Source: Lytechinus pictus (lineage: Eukaryota). Taken from it: DNA of 64,000 nucleotides. Positions 47,927-62,459 of the stretch are shown here, piece after piece. Positions within the stretch are counted from its first letter, which is position 1. Every line of letters starts with the position of its first letter. A model generated the notes under the pieces. The model did not search any database, was not told the DNA's origin, and worked only from the letters and a program-made list of their open reading frames with translations. The DNA is taken from NCBI RefSeq assembly GCF_037042905.1, contig NC_087245.1:16432001-16496000 (forward strand). Reading direction: 5' to 3'. The position numbers and the translations under genes are program-made.

Positions 47927-49222
47927 TTAAAGATGTGAGATGCAAACATTCAGCAACAGTTGTTGAAGGTTTTTTTTTTTTTTTTAGAGTAGTCATTACC
48001 GGAACTTTAAATGAGTGTGCAGACATGGGGCACCTTTTATATTCAATCTGAAAATGACTGGCCGAAGGCCGAAAAAAGGAAAAGTTAGACCTCCATGTCG
48101 CGGTCGTTCTCGGCATCGATCGGCCATTTCGTTTTCAATTTTGAAAGGAGACAGAACTTTTCCTTTTTTTGAGGGTCCAGTTTGTGCCTCGATGTCAGGA
48201 AACTGTGTCACGACAGGCCTTCATCCATATAATCGAGGTAAGTGCATAATTTATTTTTCCCCTTTCATTTGGGGTGAGCTATTGCGACCCCATTCTACCC
48301 CATTTTGGAGAGTACCCAACGGACAAAGGCATCGGTTAGGTAAAAAACCTTCATTTTTTTACATTTTTATCTAACATTTTTTAAAACCTTCCTACGCATT
48401 AGGCGTAGGAAGGTGTAAAAAAATCAATAAAATTCATAAACTTTACGTGATTTTTGTCTTAAAAGATGAATTTCCTAGGGAAATCCATCTATGTTTACAT
48501 GGTTCTCCTTTAGTTCTATGAGAGGCGATTCAAGACACCAATGATGAAGGAGTATATGTCAGGATTTCAATAAAAGTCATCATCATGGCATCCTCAAGAC
48601 TAGGTCTAGGGTCTATAGCACATGTCATGGTCGTCTACGGTCTAGCATATATTCAATCAAGCCTAGCCTATCCTCACAGGGAAAGGCCAGGCCAGCGGAG
48701 TCGAAGAACCAAGGCTTTTGAGTTTTGTTTTGATTTTTTAACTCAGACATCATTCGATCATGTCAATTCAATTGTTCATAATCAATGCGGATCATGCATC
48801 TTCACTTCAGTCAACAGTCTCAGACTGCTGCTTACATGATGTAGCTAAGTTGATAATGATGCTACTGAGTACAGTCAAGACTATGGCAGGGCACAATGAC
48901 ATCAACATAGTGACATAGGCCTAGTCATAACCGTGCAAGTCACGCTGCAATACAATCATCGCTTCATTTGTACATCTATTGTAAACGCACCTTGCATACA
49001 CGCGCGCCACACAATAGGAATACACACCATACATATACACACTACGGGCCCGGGTAAGTGTCCCGTCAACAACATCGAATTGCCGCTGAGCTGACGGCAG
49101 CTGATTTAATTCACAATAGGTTTTACCGTTTAAAAACAATTCAAATGGTCTTTAAATCCCAGTGATATGTGAACCATTACATCCATGACAAAACATCTAA
49201 TCATTCTACCCAAAATACTTAC

Positions 49223-49345
49223 AAATGAAAACATGAAATCACATCTTGTGTTCAGGCTTTTCTCCTCAAGGCGTCATTCATTAATGGATGTTTAGTGAAA
49301 CACGAGATGGCGCTAGACCATTTTTATTCTCCCCGGCCCCAAAGG
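49223..49345 (-). promoter_or_regulatory. Putative promoter / non-coding first exon of zinc-finger gene B
   Basis: Minus-strand donor GTAAGT at 49222-49217; YY1-like AGATGGCG at ~49305; CpG-rich zone at ~48.9-49.35 kb marks the end of the CpG-poor domain. Confidence 0.35.
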
Positions 49346-49360
49346 CCAATTAGTTGGAGG

Positions 49361-50779
49361 TCAATTAAGACCAGTTTCATACTGGTATAATCTGAAATTT
49401 TCATCTGAAAACTTGCTCAAAATTCAAAAGATATTTTCAGTAATAACAGAAGAGTGGATACAAAATGAATTTTATGGAAATGGATACAGACAACTTTGAA
49501 TTTCAATTGATGATATGTGGGCATGTTCAGAAACCATGTGATATAAAATCTAGACGAATATATGACCACTTCATTGAAAATTTTCAAATTGATTATGTAT
49601 TTCATGTTACAGATGGGCAATCCGAATATGATTTGGGAATGGGGGAACTGAAAGAAGTATTTTTTAGACTGAAATGTGCAATGCTATGCAATAAACACAG
49701 AGAATTTCAATACAAACAATTACAAGGGGCTGTGTACACGAAAAGGGAACTTTTTAAATTTGGTTTTGAGACAGATAATTTGTGTTCCTTTTGTAAAAAA
49801 GAAGTTGAGTCTTACCAACATTTATTTTTTTATTGTCCTGAAGTTAAGCGATTATGGGAAGAGATGAGTAAAATATTTCAACTGAATGAACTTGGCAGTG
49901 ACGTTTGGAAAACAATTTTCATGGGGATATCTGGAAATACTACAAGAGTAGCTTTAATAAACTGTATTATATTCTTAATTAAGTATATTATTTTTAGTTA
50001 AAAAAAAACAGGGAATATTGCCAACCGTACAGAAAGTGACACATTTGGTTAAAGAGTATAGAGATATGGAATATCAAATATCAAATAGCGTTTAAAAAGG
50101 GGAAGCTGGGGGTGCACAAATCAATGCATACCTTTCTTAATACTATGGATGTATTGGTTGCTTCATTTTGTTTGTTTTGTTTTGTTTATTTGTTCAAATA
50201 CAGATAGTTCTACCAGAGCAGGATGCATCGTGTGTGGGTGTACGTGTGTAGATGGATGTGTGAGTTTTGTGACGGGAAGAGGGGGGGGGGAGCTGTGAGT
50301 GGTGGTGGTGAGTTGAAGTGAGCTTGTGTGAGTGTCTGGGGAGAGAGATGAGGGGGGAGGGGGTATGGGGGTAAGGTGAGTGTGTAGTGACGTTTTAGGA
50401 TAATAACCTTCCTCTAATTAATCTTTTAAATAATCTTTTATCCTTTTTTATTTCTTGTACAATCAATATGTGCAAAAGAGATTATTTCTATTCTATTCAG
50501 GGAAAAAATTTATCTTTTACAAAGTATGTTTTTTTTTATTTTGTCGATTGATATGGGTTTTTCCCCTCTGCTTTCACATTGTTGTAGAAGAGAAATTTGG
50601 CAGTTTAATTTCATTTGTAATCATTTAAAAAATATTTGTAATCTCATTGATATTGATATATTTATTTGTTTGATTGTTTATTGATTGTATACATGCAAAG
50701 AATCTTTAAATATATGAATTGTGATTGTAAATTTATTGATTTGAAAGAGGAAGAAAATAAAATATTATTAAAAACAAAA
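49361..50779 (+). mobile_element. 5'-truncated non-LTR retrotransposon (L1/Tx1-like) with 3' UTR and A-rich tail
   Basis: zf-RVT-type motif CSFCKKEVESYQHLFFYC in ORF 49465-50001; AATAAA plus A-rich end; flanking direct repeat AATTAGTTG(G)AGGT. Confidence 0.8.
49465..50001 (+). pseudogene. LINE ORF2 C-terminal fragment (zinc-binding zf-RVT region)
   Basis: CxxC...E...HLFFxC motif; frame broken at the A-run near 50000. Confidence 0.8.
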
Positions 50780-50787
50780 AATTAGTT

Positions 50788-51345
50788 GAGGTGCCGTGGC
50801 CGACTCAATTTTGGAATAAAACGTAGCAGAATTTGATGCTAATATTGAGACTTGGAATATCTTACTGTGTAATGTTCGAAATCATCGTACGAATACCTAT
50901 GTTCAAATCTGTTACTATGCTATCATCCTTCTTAGAATAAAAACAAATTTAATATCTAGTCGTAATGACGTCATAGCAGTCGTAAGATTGGGTACGATTT
51001 GAAACTAATTTGGCCTTTACTCGAAAATAAAGGTTAGCAATCTTTCAAAATGGTTATATTAGTATTCTTTGAATTGATTTTAACCTCAAATAACATGATA
51101 TGTTCCATTCACATTTTCAGAAAATGAGCAAAATGCGATTTGTTCCAAAATCGGATCGCGAACAGTCGTAAGGTGTGCGGTGGCCTGTAAGGCGCCTGGC
51201 TATACATGGAAAGTCCGGGGTACGATCCCCAGCCGCGGCACCTATGCCGTGAGTAAGGCATTTAATCTACAATGCTCTTTTATCCTGCTTTCAAATAAAT
51301 GGAAATGCTATATGCATTATTGGAAACTAGATGTGCACTTGTTAA
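50788..51345 (+). mobile_element. tRNA-derived SINE apparently split by a Harbinger-like fragment (~50804-51185)
   Basis: GAGGTGCCGTGGCCGA head; resumes TAAGGCGCCTGGC...GGGTACGATCCCC (B box)...GCGGCACCT (pairs with the head); intervening piece ends GTCGTAAGGTGTGCGGTGGCC. Confidence 0.5.
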
Positions 51346-51596
51346 AAAAAATAAAATAAATAAATAATTCCAAGCGTTAAGCGCGAGCGAGAGCATGCAC
51401 CTCGATTGTGTGAAAATGTGTCTAATTCAGAGGCGGGAGGGGGAGGGGGTGATAGACCCTACTACAAACACAATATTTCTGCTGGGAAAATTGTAATCAA
51501 ACAAGAAAGAGAATGAGATATCCTTTTGAGATAAAAAAAATGCGTCTTTTTTAATTTTCAGTCATAGCCCTTCCTTAGTTTTTCCGTCCTAATGCA

Positions 51597-54335
51597 TATA
51601 GGCGGATCCAGGGGGGGGGGGGCCGGGCCCCCCACCTATTGGCAGAGCCACAAAAGGAAAAAAGGAAAGAAAGAAAAAAAAGGGGGGAAAGAGAGGAGAA
51701 AAAAGAAAAGGAGGAAGACGAGTGAATAAAATAAGATGAGGGAAAGACTTGGAAAATAAAAAGAATCGTTCATGTCATTATACAAAATTTTTGCTCGCGC
51801 TTCGCGCTCGCATTGCCTGTTACGTGATTTTCATATCTTGTTCAATATGGAGTTTAAATATCAAGTTTGGAAGTCAATATACAAAACATATTCCACCTCG
51901 GAAATCGAACTTTCATTATTTTGTGTGACTTACAATTTTTTTTTTAAATGCTCGGTAAAAATGTCAGTTAATATTAACATTTTCTGCTCGCGCTGCGCGC
52001 TCGCATATTTTGATTTGTCAGGTACCTATTATATTCGTGTATTCCATAAAGTTTTCAAAATATCCCTTTTCAGGTCTGATTGTCAAAACGAATCAGCTAG
52101 CGCTGCACGCTCGCATTTTGATTGGCGAGGTATGTATGTCTCAATATTGATTATACAACAAACTACTTAAAATACCCTTTTTATGACAATTTATCAAAAA
52201 ATTTGGCTTGCAATTTGCGCTCGTATTAGTGGTTGAAAATATATTAACTGATGCATCCTATTTATGATTACAAAAGTGCTTGAAATGTCCAGTTTTCAGG
52301 CCATATTATCATCAGATTTCGCGCCCTCATTAGGCATTAATGAATAAGATATTAATTTCATAATTAAAATTGTCCCTTTTATTTCATCATCTCTCGCTTA
52401 GCAAGAGGAATAGGAGGATAGTCGTCATTTTCATATGATGACATGTCCTAAGGATGTCCCGGTCCTATGTCAAAACTCAAAGTAAGAAAAATATCAGCTC
52501 TTTGTTAAGTGCGATTCATATCCACCTCACAATATTCCTACAAAGTGCTTGAAATATAGAGCTGAAATTGACTTTTTTTTCAGATCGGAATATCAAATAG
52601 TTTAAACTCGCGCTTCGCGCTCGCTTTGATTTTCATGAAAATATGTATTTAGAATGCTTAGATTCTAGGTCTAAATACGAAACACGCGCGCGCATGTTTA
52701 TTCAGATACTCAATTTGTCTCTATTTAAATCATTATCCAGTTTCAGATCACAATATAAAAAATTTCTGCTCGCGCTTTTTACTCGCATTATTGATGTAAT
52801 TGGAAGATCCCCAATTACTCATCCTTTTCATGATTTACAAAACATGAATAGAGTGTCTCGTTCAGTAGGTCTAAATGTCGAAATTTTCCGCTCGCATAAA
52901 TTGTTTAGTTAGGCCTATAGCTATCCTGTTCACGATTACAAAAAATGATTAAAATTTTCCATTCTTTATGTAGAAATGTCAAAAATTTTCAGCTCGCGCT
53001 TCGCGCTCGCATTATTTGATTGTTGAAATATGTAACCTTTTCATGGCTAAGTGCAAGCAGTCTTTAACAGGTAACTTTTCGATCAGTTCAAAACGTATAT
53101 AAAAATTTTTTGCTCGCGCTTTGCGCTCGCATTATCAATGTAGGGAAGATCCCCAATTACTCATCCTTTTCATGATTTGCAAAACATGAATAGTGTCTCG
53201 TTCAGTATAAGTATAAATCTCGAAATTTTCCGCTCGCGCTTTGCGCTCGCATCAATTGTTTGGTTATATACCTATTCTGTTTAAAGGAGAATGAAACTCT
53301 TGGAGCAAGTTAGCTTTTGTGAAAGCAGAAAAATCAAAGAATAAGATCAACAAAAGTTTGAGTAAAATAGGACTAGCAATAGAAGAGTTATGAGCATTTG
53401 AATGTCGAGATCACTAATGCTATGGAGATCCTCCTATTGGCAACGCAACCAAGATCTATGATATCACAGATGAACAACTCTCCCCTTTTGGACACTGAAA
53501 ATATACCCCAAAACGTCTCTTTTTGCTCTTTCTAATCATATGACAAACGATTCATCAATGATATAATGTTGTGAAACCTCTGTACTTGTCCTCTCATAAA
53601 GAGAACACCTCACCTTGTGATATATTCTATAAAAGTGAGAATATAAGTGAAATAAGTACTAAAGCAATGAGGGAGTTGTACGTGTGTGACATCACAGATC
53701 TTGGTCGCATTGCCAATGGGAGGATCTACATGGCATTAGTGATCTCAATATTCAAATGCTCATAACTTTCTTATTATTCATTCAATCTTCCTCAAACTTT
53801 CAACAATATGTTTCTTTGATTTTTCTCTTTGATATGGATTCAGATGGTTTCAAGGGTTTCATTCTCCTTTAAGTTACAAAAAGTGCTTAGAATTTCCATT
53901 CTTTGGGTAAAAAAAATTCAGCTTGCGCTTCGCGCTCGCATCATTTGATTATTAAAATATCTTAATGGCTACCTGCATGCAGTCTTTAACAGGTATCTTT
54001 TCCATCAGTTCATTTCTGCTCGCGCTTCGCGTTCGTAGTAATTATTTAGTTGCATACACGTTTTAAGGATAATAAACATTGCCCAGAATGTTCAAATTTT
54101 AGGAATAAATACAAGATTTCCAAAGAAAATTTAGCTCGCGCTTAGCGCTCGTATTATATAAATAGGGATTATGATATGATATATTTATGTTGATTTTAAG
54201 AATAAAGCTAAGAAGTGACTATTAGGACTACCCCTTCAAAAAACAAAAACATCATCTTCGAGCAGCCGATCGGGGAAAATATGGCTGAAAAAAAAATCTG
54301 GGCCCCCCTATTGGCGAAGGCTGGATCCGCCCCTG
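51597..54335. mobile_element. Non-autonomous hAT-like element with an internal GCTCGCGCTTCGCGCTCGCA repeat array
   Basis: TIR TATAGGCGGATCCAG / CTGGATCCGCCCCTG; perfect 8-bp TSD CTAATGCA. Confidence 0.85.
53285..53868. mobile_element. Second-family TTAA MITE (Kolobok-like) nested in the hAT-like element
   Basis: TIR AGGAGAATGAAAC / GTTTCATTCTCCT, TTAA TSD, long internal inverted arms. Confidence 0.85.
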
Positions 54336-55379
54336 CTAATGCACACCTCATCGACCTTCCCTCGTTTCTGATCATTTGAAAATTGCAGGGGCGTCGATCC
54401 CTCCACCCCACAGTGGTCCCCACTGATCAGTGCTCTGCCTCCATTCCCGCTGCAGCCCTCCTCAATAAACATTATTAGTAAATCCCATATGTTTGCTTCT
54501 TTTCATATTTGCATGAAAAGATCAATCAAAATAATAATCAGGTGTGATAATATGTCTAGCCTAGTTCTTCTTTGTTAAAATTTGCACTGTGATTTTTTTT
54601 ATGGTGTTCATTTAATTGAAAAACATATGTGACATCATGAACGATTCGTCTGTAAACTTTTTTTTCTTCATAAAGATTGTGGTGGGCCTATCAATATATA
54701 TTTTTAAATATGCATCAGATGTGTCGATGGGGGGGGGGGGGGGGTCAATGGCCAGGGCGCGGATCGCCCCAATAAAATATTAATTATAATTTAATACATT
54801 TGCCCCGAATAATTTTGACTGCTTGAAAAGTGTGCAATACGAATGTGTTTTTAAAAGAATGTGAAAGCAATACAAAACCATTTTTTCTTCTAATTTTATA
54901 GAGGGGGATAAGTCTTATAAGACTAAACTTTTAAGTACATGTTATTTCTATAACAAGACTACGTACTTCGTACATCACACAATCAGGAAGAGCGAGTAGT
55001 ATATTTGGTGACCTGAGTATGGGCCATTTAAAAGACTCTTGTCGTTTTTCATGGTTCTTTTCTAATATGTACCCTTTTCCATTTAAATTCTTATTTCTTT
55101 TGTATATTCTCTACTTCTTTTACACCATAGGCTAAACCTGAATTTAAAAAAATGCACACACACACAAAAATGAAGCAATATTCATAGGGGTGAAATATTT
55201 GGGGCACATCCCATATGTCACTTAATTGGTTTCGCGGGACCAGTGGCGTCATGAGCCAAATGTTTTGAGGAAGCCAGCGGGAAGCCAGACGTTATGGGGC
55301 AATGTTTCTAAAAAAAAAATTACGAACGAGCACAAATTTGACCTTGAAAAATGAATTTCGTGATAGATTTCAATGACAT

Positions 55380-55678
55380 AGGCCCGTATTCTGATCTCTG
55401 GTTTAAATTAAACCCTGGTTTAAAGTTGTGGTTTAACTATGGAGAGCCAATTGGGTCAAAACCCCCTAACAGCACACATTTACTTTATTAACTCATATGG
55501 CTCCCGAAATGATCATATTTGTCTGGGAATGAAACTGAAGTTTTTTTCTTCGTTATGAAAGCAAAATGAAACAAAAGAGTAAACATAAGAAATATACAAT
55601 CTGAACAGAATTTTTGGCTCCCCATAATTTTAGCACAGAGTTAGACCGTGGACTAAGTTAAAATCTGACTTCAGAATA
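55380..55678. mobile_element. Harbinger-like MITE relic
   Basis: AGGCCCGTATTCTGA start and TCAGAATA inverted end (truncated). Confidence 0.45.
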
Positions 55679-56676
55679 ATAATATTTATGAACGAATACA
55701 GCATGTCATAATTTTTCATATATCTTTTCCTTTTTTATTTGATCGAGAAAGTTTTTTTTTAATTTGGAGAGGGTGTCCATGGCCCCCTAAGCCCCCATCT
55801 TTGGCGAGGAGGGGTAAATCTTGAAAAGATTATGTTAGATATAAAAACATAAACATGAACTTTTTATCATTTGTTCTACAGTAATATGTTCTACAGTAAT
55901 ATGGGGGGGGGGGGGTTGATAATGCAGGCGATTCCCCATGCACCTGAAATATATTGGAGGGATATATTTCTCGGGCTCGACATCCATTGGTAGGTCAAAA
56001 TAGAGAGGGGGGGGGTCACAAATAACAGAACTGCGTGTGTTTGGGATGACCATGTGGGTGCGTGAGTGTGAGCGAGAGGGGGGGGGGGGGAGAAAAGACT
56101 GGAGATATATCAGTAAGAGAAATAGAGCGATCTAAAGAGGGGGAAAACAGAGAGGGGGAAGAGGGGAGGCGGTAGAGACAGAGAGTGAGACAGACAGAGA
56201 GCAAGGGATATAGATGGAGAAGGAGAGATGAATGCAGAAACTTATATCCAGTTATTCGTCAAGTTGTAAAAAATCGGCATTCGGAACGATACGCACTTAC
56301 TAATCTTTTTTCTTCATTAAAAGTTATGAAAATTTATTTCTTATTTTTGCACACTTTAGCATGATATTTACATTGGATGGGATATGATGATAAAGACAAT
56401 GATTCATGCATTCTTGAGGATCCCTTCGTTGAATGAACCCCTACCGTTGAATGGGCACTTCCTGTTCGCAGGAGAGAAAGAAACCAATTCGTCACCCAAC
56501 AAAACTTTTTTCCCCAACTCGCAAATTTGGACGCATTACATTACCCGATTCATGGTGGAAAAGAACAATATTTTGAACATAAAATAGGATACTTTCTTCA
56601 AGAAAAGCGGAGAACAGAGACGGTTAATCCGTCTAACGTAGTTCAGTTGTTATCGTGAAAGAGGAGAAGGACCAAA

Positions 56677-56770
56677 ATGTGGAATTTACTGGTTTTATCA
56701 GCTGTACTTCTTCAGTATATTGGATTCGCGACACCCCAACAGGCTCCCTATTTGCCTGCAAACGCACCAA
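56677..56770 (+). CDS. First coding exon (signal peptide) of an unidentified secreted or membrane protein; remainder not found in the window
   Basis: CAAAATG context; MWNLLVLSAVLLQYIGFATPQQAPYLPANAP; consensus donor A|GTAAGT, phase 1. Confidence 0.55.
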
Positions 56771-58449
56771 GTAAGTCATAAGACGAATAACAGTTTGTCT
56801 GTGCTTCATTGAAATGTTATGATTGATTTCACAAAATTAGATATCATTGCTTGGTTGGTTAGTTGGTAAAGATTTTTGGCAAATCCTTTAAATTGTCTTA
56901 AAATTATTTTCTTCTTCTTTGATTCAATCAGCTCATTTATACCAAGTTATTCAGGAGTTTGATTCTTCAAAATGTTAGGGCAAAAAGTGAGAATTAATTG
57001 TGCTTCTAATGACTTTATTTAAACAAAAACCCACATCTTACATGATAAAATCCCTCGATTCAGTCACAAATTTTATAAAACTAATTCTACGAAGATTAAT
57101 GTGACTTGATTAATATGAATGACTTTCATCATACTTTCTTTTTTTTAAGTGCAATCGGTAACTGCTGTAAATGCAAAATGCGAGTTGATAAGTCTTTTAC
57201 TCCTCATTATTTTCAATTTTATTACAAATAATAAATTCCGCTCCATGACCTGCTGAATATTATGCTACCTGTATTTAAACCTAAAATATTACACACTCAT
57301 AGAGACCCACAGACACCATAATTAGATTTTTTTAAAGGGAACCTTTCGTACAACAGGCAATTTAACTTCCAATATTTCAATGTTTAACTAAAATGTTCAG
57401 TGCTTCAATCATAGACGTGTGGGTTATAATAGCCTCGGGGGTGGTGAGGAGTTCTGTCCTTCGGCATTTATAAGATTAATTCTTACATTTTGCCCTCTAC
57501 AAAAAAATGCCCCCCCCCCTCTCGATATTCCTGTCGCTTACGTAGGCGTGACTGCAACATTACAGAATACGCGAGAATACGTCATACTTAATAAAGCAAA
57601 ATTTTGTGTATGGGGGAGTTAGGAGTTAGTTAAGATTTTTAACTGCCCCTTCCCTTTTTATTATGGTAGACGATTTTCTGATTATTTGCTCCCAGGGATT
57701 GTCGCCATTGCGCTTTATTTTTATGAATAATATCACTGGTTATTAATACATTATAAATATTCAAAATCATCATCATAATATAACGATGAATAATAATACC
57801 CCCTCGGTAGATAATTAGATTAGTCAATTAAATGCATTTTGACGGGATCGACCCATTGGCTTCCCCATCACCTTAACGATTTTTCATTTAACTAATCGCA
57901 ATCCTTAAAATGGAGAACCGATTCATATAAAATTGCCCATGATGATAAAGAAAGCTTCAGCGTCTCATAACCTTGACGCTTAAAGAGTGACCCAAGCAAC
58001 ATTTCAGTAAATTTACAGACTATATATTGCGTATCTCTTGATTGGCCAAATACATGTGCACATAATTCAATGATATCTTTAAATACATTTGACCGTTACA
58101 ATGACATTTTATCTTTGGTGTTGCTATGATCCTCAAGGATTAATCAAGCCTTCTGTAGAGTTACATGCATGTAACATAAGCTGACGTGCCATCGCCATTT
58201 TGTCCAACAATTATTATATTACTCATTTCCTTTGATGAAGCTCAACGTATTTAATTATACGCAGGGAAACATACCCTACCTACACCCTCCAATTATTAGC
58301 AAGGAGTGAATTTATTTTGTACCTACTTTGTCATTCTGATGGACTTATATATTTCTTTAGCAATGTGGCATGGTAAATCATTACTGTATAGATAATCGTA
58401 AGAAGCCAATGATTATGGGACTAATGATGTTTACGGTGATAATATTTTA

Positions 58450-58968
<519 letters not shown>

Positions 58969-61234
58969 CCCCCTCCATTTATGATGTAATTAATTGTATG
59001 CAATGAGTTTCACATCACCATATATATTTTAGCACATTTTTTGGCACATTTCTCTCTCAATTGGCCCATTACAGCACCTGACCGATAAAACAGGAATTTA
59101 AGCCAAGTAGATCATTAAAATGCTGTTTAAATGACATTAACAATGGGATCCTCTGGATTTTGACCAATTCTGACAGGCGTTAAATCTTGTTTGTCAGGAC
59201 TTTGCAATCAGTCAAGACCATTGTAGCAATCATCCCATAAATTCATTTCTTAAAATGATTTATATCCGCGATGTAGCCGTCATCTGCTTAGATGAATCAG
59301 TTCTGTGGTCGTCGTCTGATGCTATAAATAAAGAGATAATTGTAAAGTCCCTTGTCACTCTGTATCGGCCTGACAGGAAAACCGGTACGTGGGACTGTAG
59401 GATTAGGCTAACATCAACTTGAGGGTTGGTAAGGGGGAAACCAGATATATATATATTTTTTTTTGGCGAAAAAGTGACCTGAATTCTATTCAGTATTGAC
59501 ACATTGACAGTTGTATAGGTCAACTCGTGGGTGCTTAAATTTCTAGGAAATACGAAAGCGAGTGAGCGAAATGACCGAGCAGAGGCTGAGGCGTTTTATC
59601 TATAAAACGAATGATTTTGTCAACATTTTAGTGGATTTTTTATGTTACAATGTCGCTTAAATTATGTACACCCCTAACAATCTGCTGCAGCCATCGCATC
59701 AAATAGAAAATAAAACTTTTGTACAGATGTATGAGGACATAATTTTATCTTTCATATTTATAACACGGATCTTGAACCAAAGTGTGTGCAGCTAGGATGT
59801 GATTTTTGTGGCAAAAGAAGGGGGGAAAAGCCATAGAGTGAAGCGATCGAACATAAAATTTAAAGTTTGTTTGCAACAAAACCGAAAAAGATACATCGAT
59901 TGATCATTAAAATGCGCTTGAAGTTTATTGCCATGCATTGCCATTCGAGCCTCAGCACGTCCCCAGTTTATCTGTTAGAATCCATCTCTCTAAAAAGTCT
60001 AAACATTACGAGCGTCATCATACCCATAAGCCCTACCGAATTAAATATGTATTCCCTTTTTAATAGTACAAAATTGGGGTGCTTTTTAAGGAGATACGGT
60101 TTAACGAGAAACAAATTCATATTGATCAACTTATTTCTATGTTCAAATACCAACATAATGTTGAATACGGTAGACGAATTGGATCAAAAAGTTGTTACAG
60201 AATGAGTGCATATTCAGACTGAGTAGGCCTATTTCCTTTTTTAATAATAACTATCTTTCCCCGCCATATTGGATGAACTATGGATCCTATAGCCATGACA
60301 GCAATTGAAGCAGATTAGGGAGTGCTTATCTGTAATTGCCAAGCTTCGACCGTACAGTATGTGTATATGCGTGAAATTGAGAATTACCCAACCTTCGTAA
60401 ACCTATACCCTACTAATATTGAAATAGGCCTGTGGATGTTCAAGCTTATAAATTATTTAAAAGAAGAAATTTACACTTTAAACAAACATTTAAAATGACT
60501 ATATGGTCGGGTCAACTGGACGCAATTTTATAGTTCTATATTTTATATATTTTTTTTACTCGAATACATTAATTTCTGACTAGAATATGGTAGGAAATCT
60601 GACTAGAGACATCAGCTGCACCAACATGACCAAGCTGATTACTGATCTGTAGTTGACACGCTGTAAACACGGTAAGATGCAGAAATCCGGAATATTATTG
60701 TCCTTCATTGGTGAACTCTCTCCATTTCAGAACCTAGGGGGGGATGGGGTAGGGGTGACTAGTAGTGAAAAAAATTTATTGTTGTTGTTTTTATGACATC
60801 CTATATATTCCCCAGATTAATTCATTACTGCAAATTCAAAATTTGCCACAATCTGAATATCAATGCAGGATGACACTTCCTTTTCGAAAAATCATTACCC
60901 CCAGAACATTAATAAACACACAAAAAATAAAAGTAGCGACATCAAGCCACCTAAACCCTAAAAAATATAAGCATTTCGGAAAGAATGTAATTGATATAGA
61001 AGGAAAAAAAACAGCAACAACACTAAGGGAACATCTTTACTTGATTAGATAAAAATTCCCAAACGAGTTGATGTACTCTGCATATTTGGTATTATTCCTT
61101 TTATGTGGATTTCCATGATTCATATTTCCGATGGGATTGGATACAATATTAGTGAGAACTGACGCTCACAAATCGTTAGTAATTAATGTTGAAGGTCAAT
61201 GAAAGTTGACATGAGTTCACATGATTAAACTTAA

Positions 61235-62459
61235 AGGTCCGAAAGTCCACCCCAGAAAAATACTGATTTGAATAGATAGAGAAAATTCAAAATAGCAGAA
61301 CGCTGAAAATTTCATCAAAATCGGATGAAAATAAGAAAGTTATGACATTTTAAAGTTTCGCCCATTTTTCACAAAACAGTGATATGCACAATTCAGTAAC
61401 ATCAATTGAGACAGTCGATGATGTTATTCACTCACTATTTCTTTTGTTTTTATTGTTTGAATTATACAATATTTCATTTTTTTTTTACATATTTGACAAT
61501 AAGGACCAACTTGACCGAACCATATAGTATTAAAGGTAAAGTCCACCCCAGAAAAAAATTGATTTGAATAAATAGAGAAAAATAAAACTAGCATAATGCT
61601 GAAAATTTGATCAAAATTGGATGTAAAATGAGAAAGTTATGACATTTTAAAGTTTCGCTTATTTTTCACAAAACAGTTATATGCACAACTCGGTGGTATG
61701 CAAATAAGAGAGTCGATGATGTACATCACTCACTATTTCTTTTGTTTTTTATTGTTTGAATTATAAAATATTTCAATTTTTACCAATTTGACATCAAGGA
61801 CCAACTTAATTGAAACATAAAATGTTATAACAATGGTAATGCCACATGTTCAGGGAGGAGTAAAGCTTGGTTTCAGAGGACAATGACGAGAAAATTAGAA
61901 TATTTCATATTTCATACAATAAAATACATAAGAAATAGTGAGTGAGTGATGTCATCAGTTCCCTCATTTGCATCCCGACCAGGTTGTGCATATAACTGTT
62001 TTGTGAAATTAAGCGAAACTCTTAAAATGTCATAACTTTCTTATTTTACATCCGATTTTTGATGAAATTTTCAGAGTTTTGCTTGTTGAATTTTTCTCTT
62101 TTTATTCAACTCAACTTTTTGTTGGGGTGGACTTGTCCTTTAAACAATGCTAATTCCACATGTTTATAAATAGGGAAGAATTAATCGTTGTTTCACTCTT
62201 GACAACGATGAGAAAATTAGAATGTTTCATATTTTATATAATAACATACAAAAGAAATAGTAAGTGGATGACGTCATAAGTCTCCACATTTGCACACTGA
62301 CCAGGATGTGCATATAACTGTTTTGTGAAATTAAGCAAAAATTGAAAATGTCATAACTTTCTTATTTTACATCCGATTTTGATGAGATTTTCAGTGTTAT
62401 GCTTGTTGGATTTTTCTCTTTTTATTTAAAACAACTTTTTGTAAGGGTGGACTTGTCCT
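61235..62459. mobile_element. Kolobok-like MITE (outer copy) containing a nested copy of the same family
   Basis: TTAA TSD; sequence resumes exactly after the inner element. Confidence 0.88.
61534..62139. mobile_element. Kolobok-like MITE (inner, nested copy)
   Basis: Own TTAA TSD (61530-61533, 62140-62143) and complete termini. Confidence 0.88.

Noticed and set aside
51180..51245. tRNA gene
   Set aside because: B box is mutated, the 5' half is displaced, and a SINE-like body follows; not an intact tRNA.
51790..54155. CRISPR-like repeat-spacer pattern
   Set aside because: Spacers are long, irregular and mutually homologous, and the array is bounded by TIRs and an 8-bp TSD.
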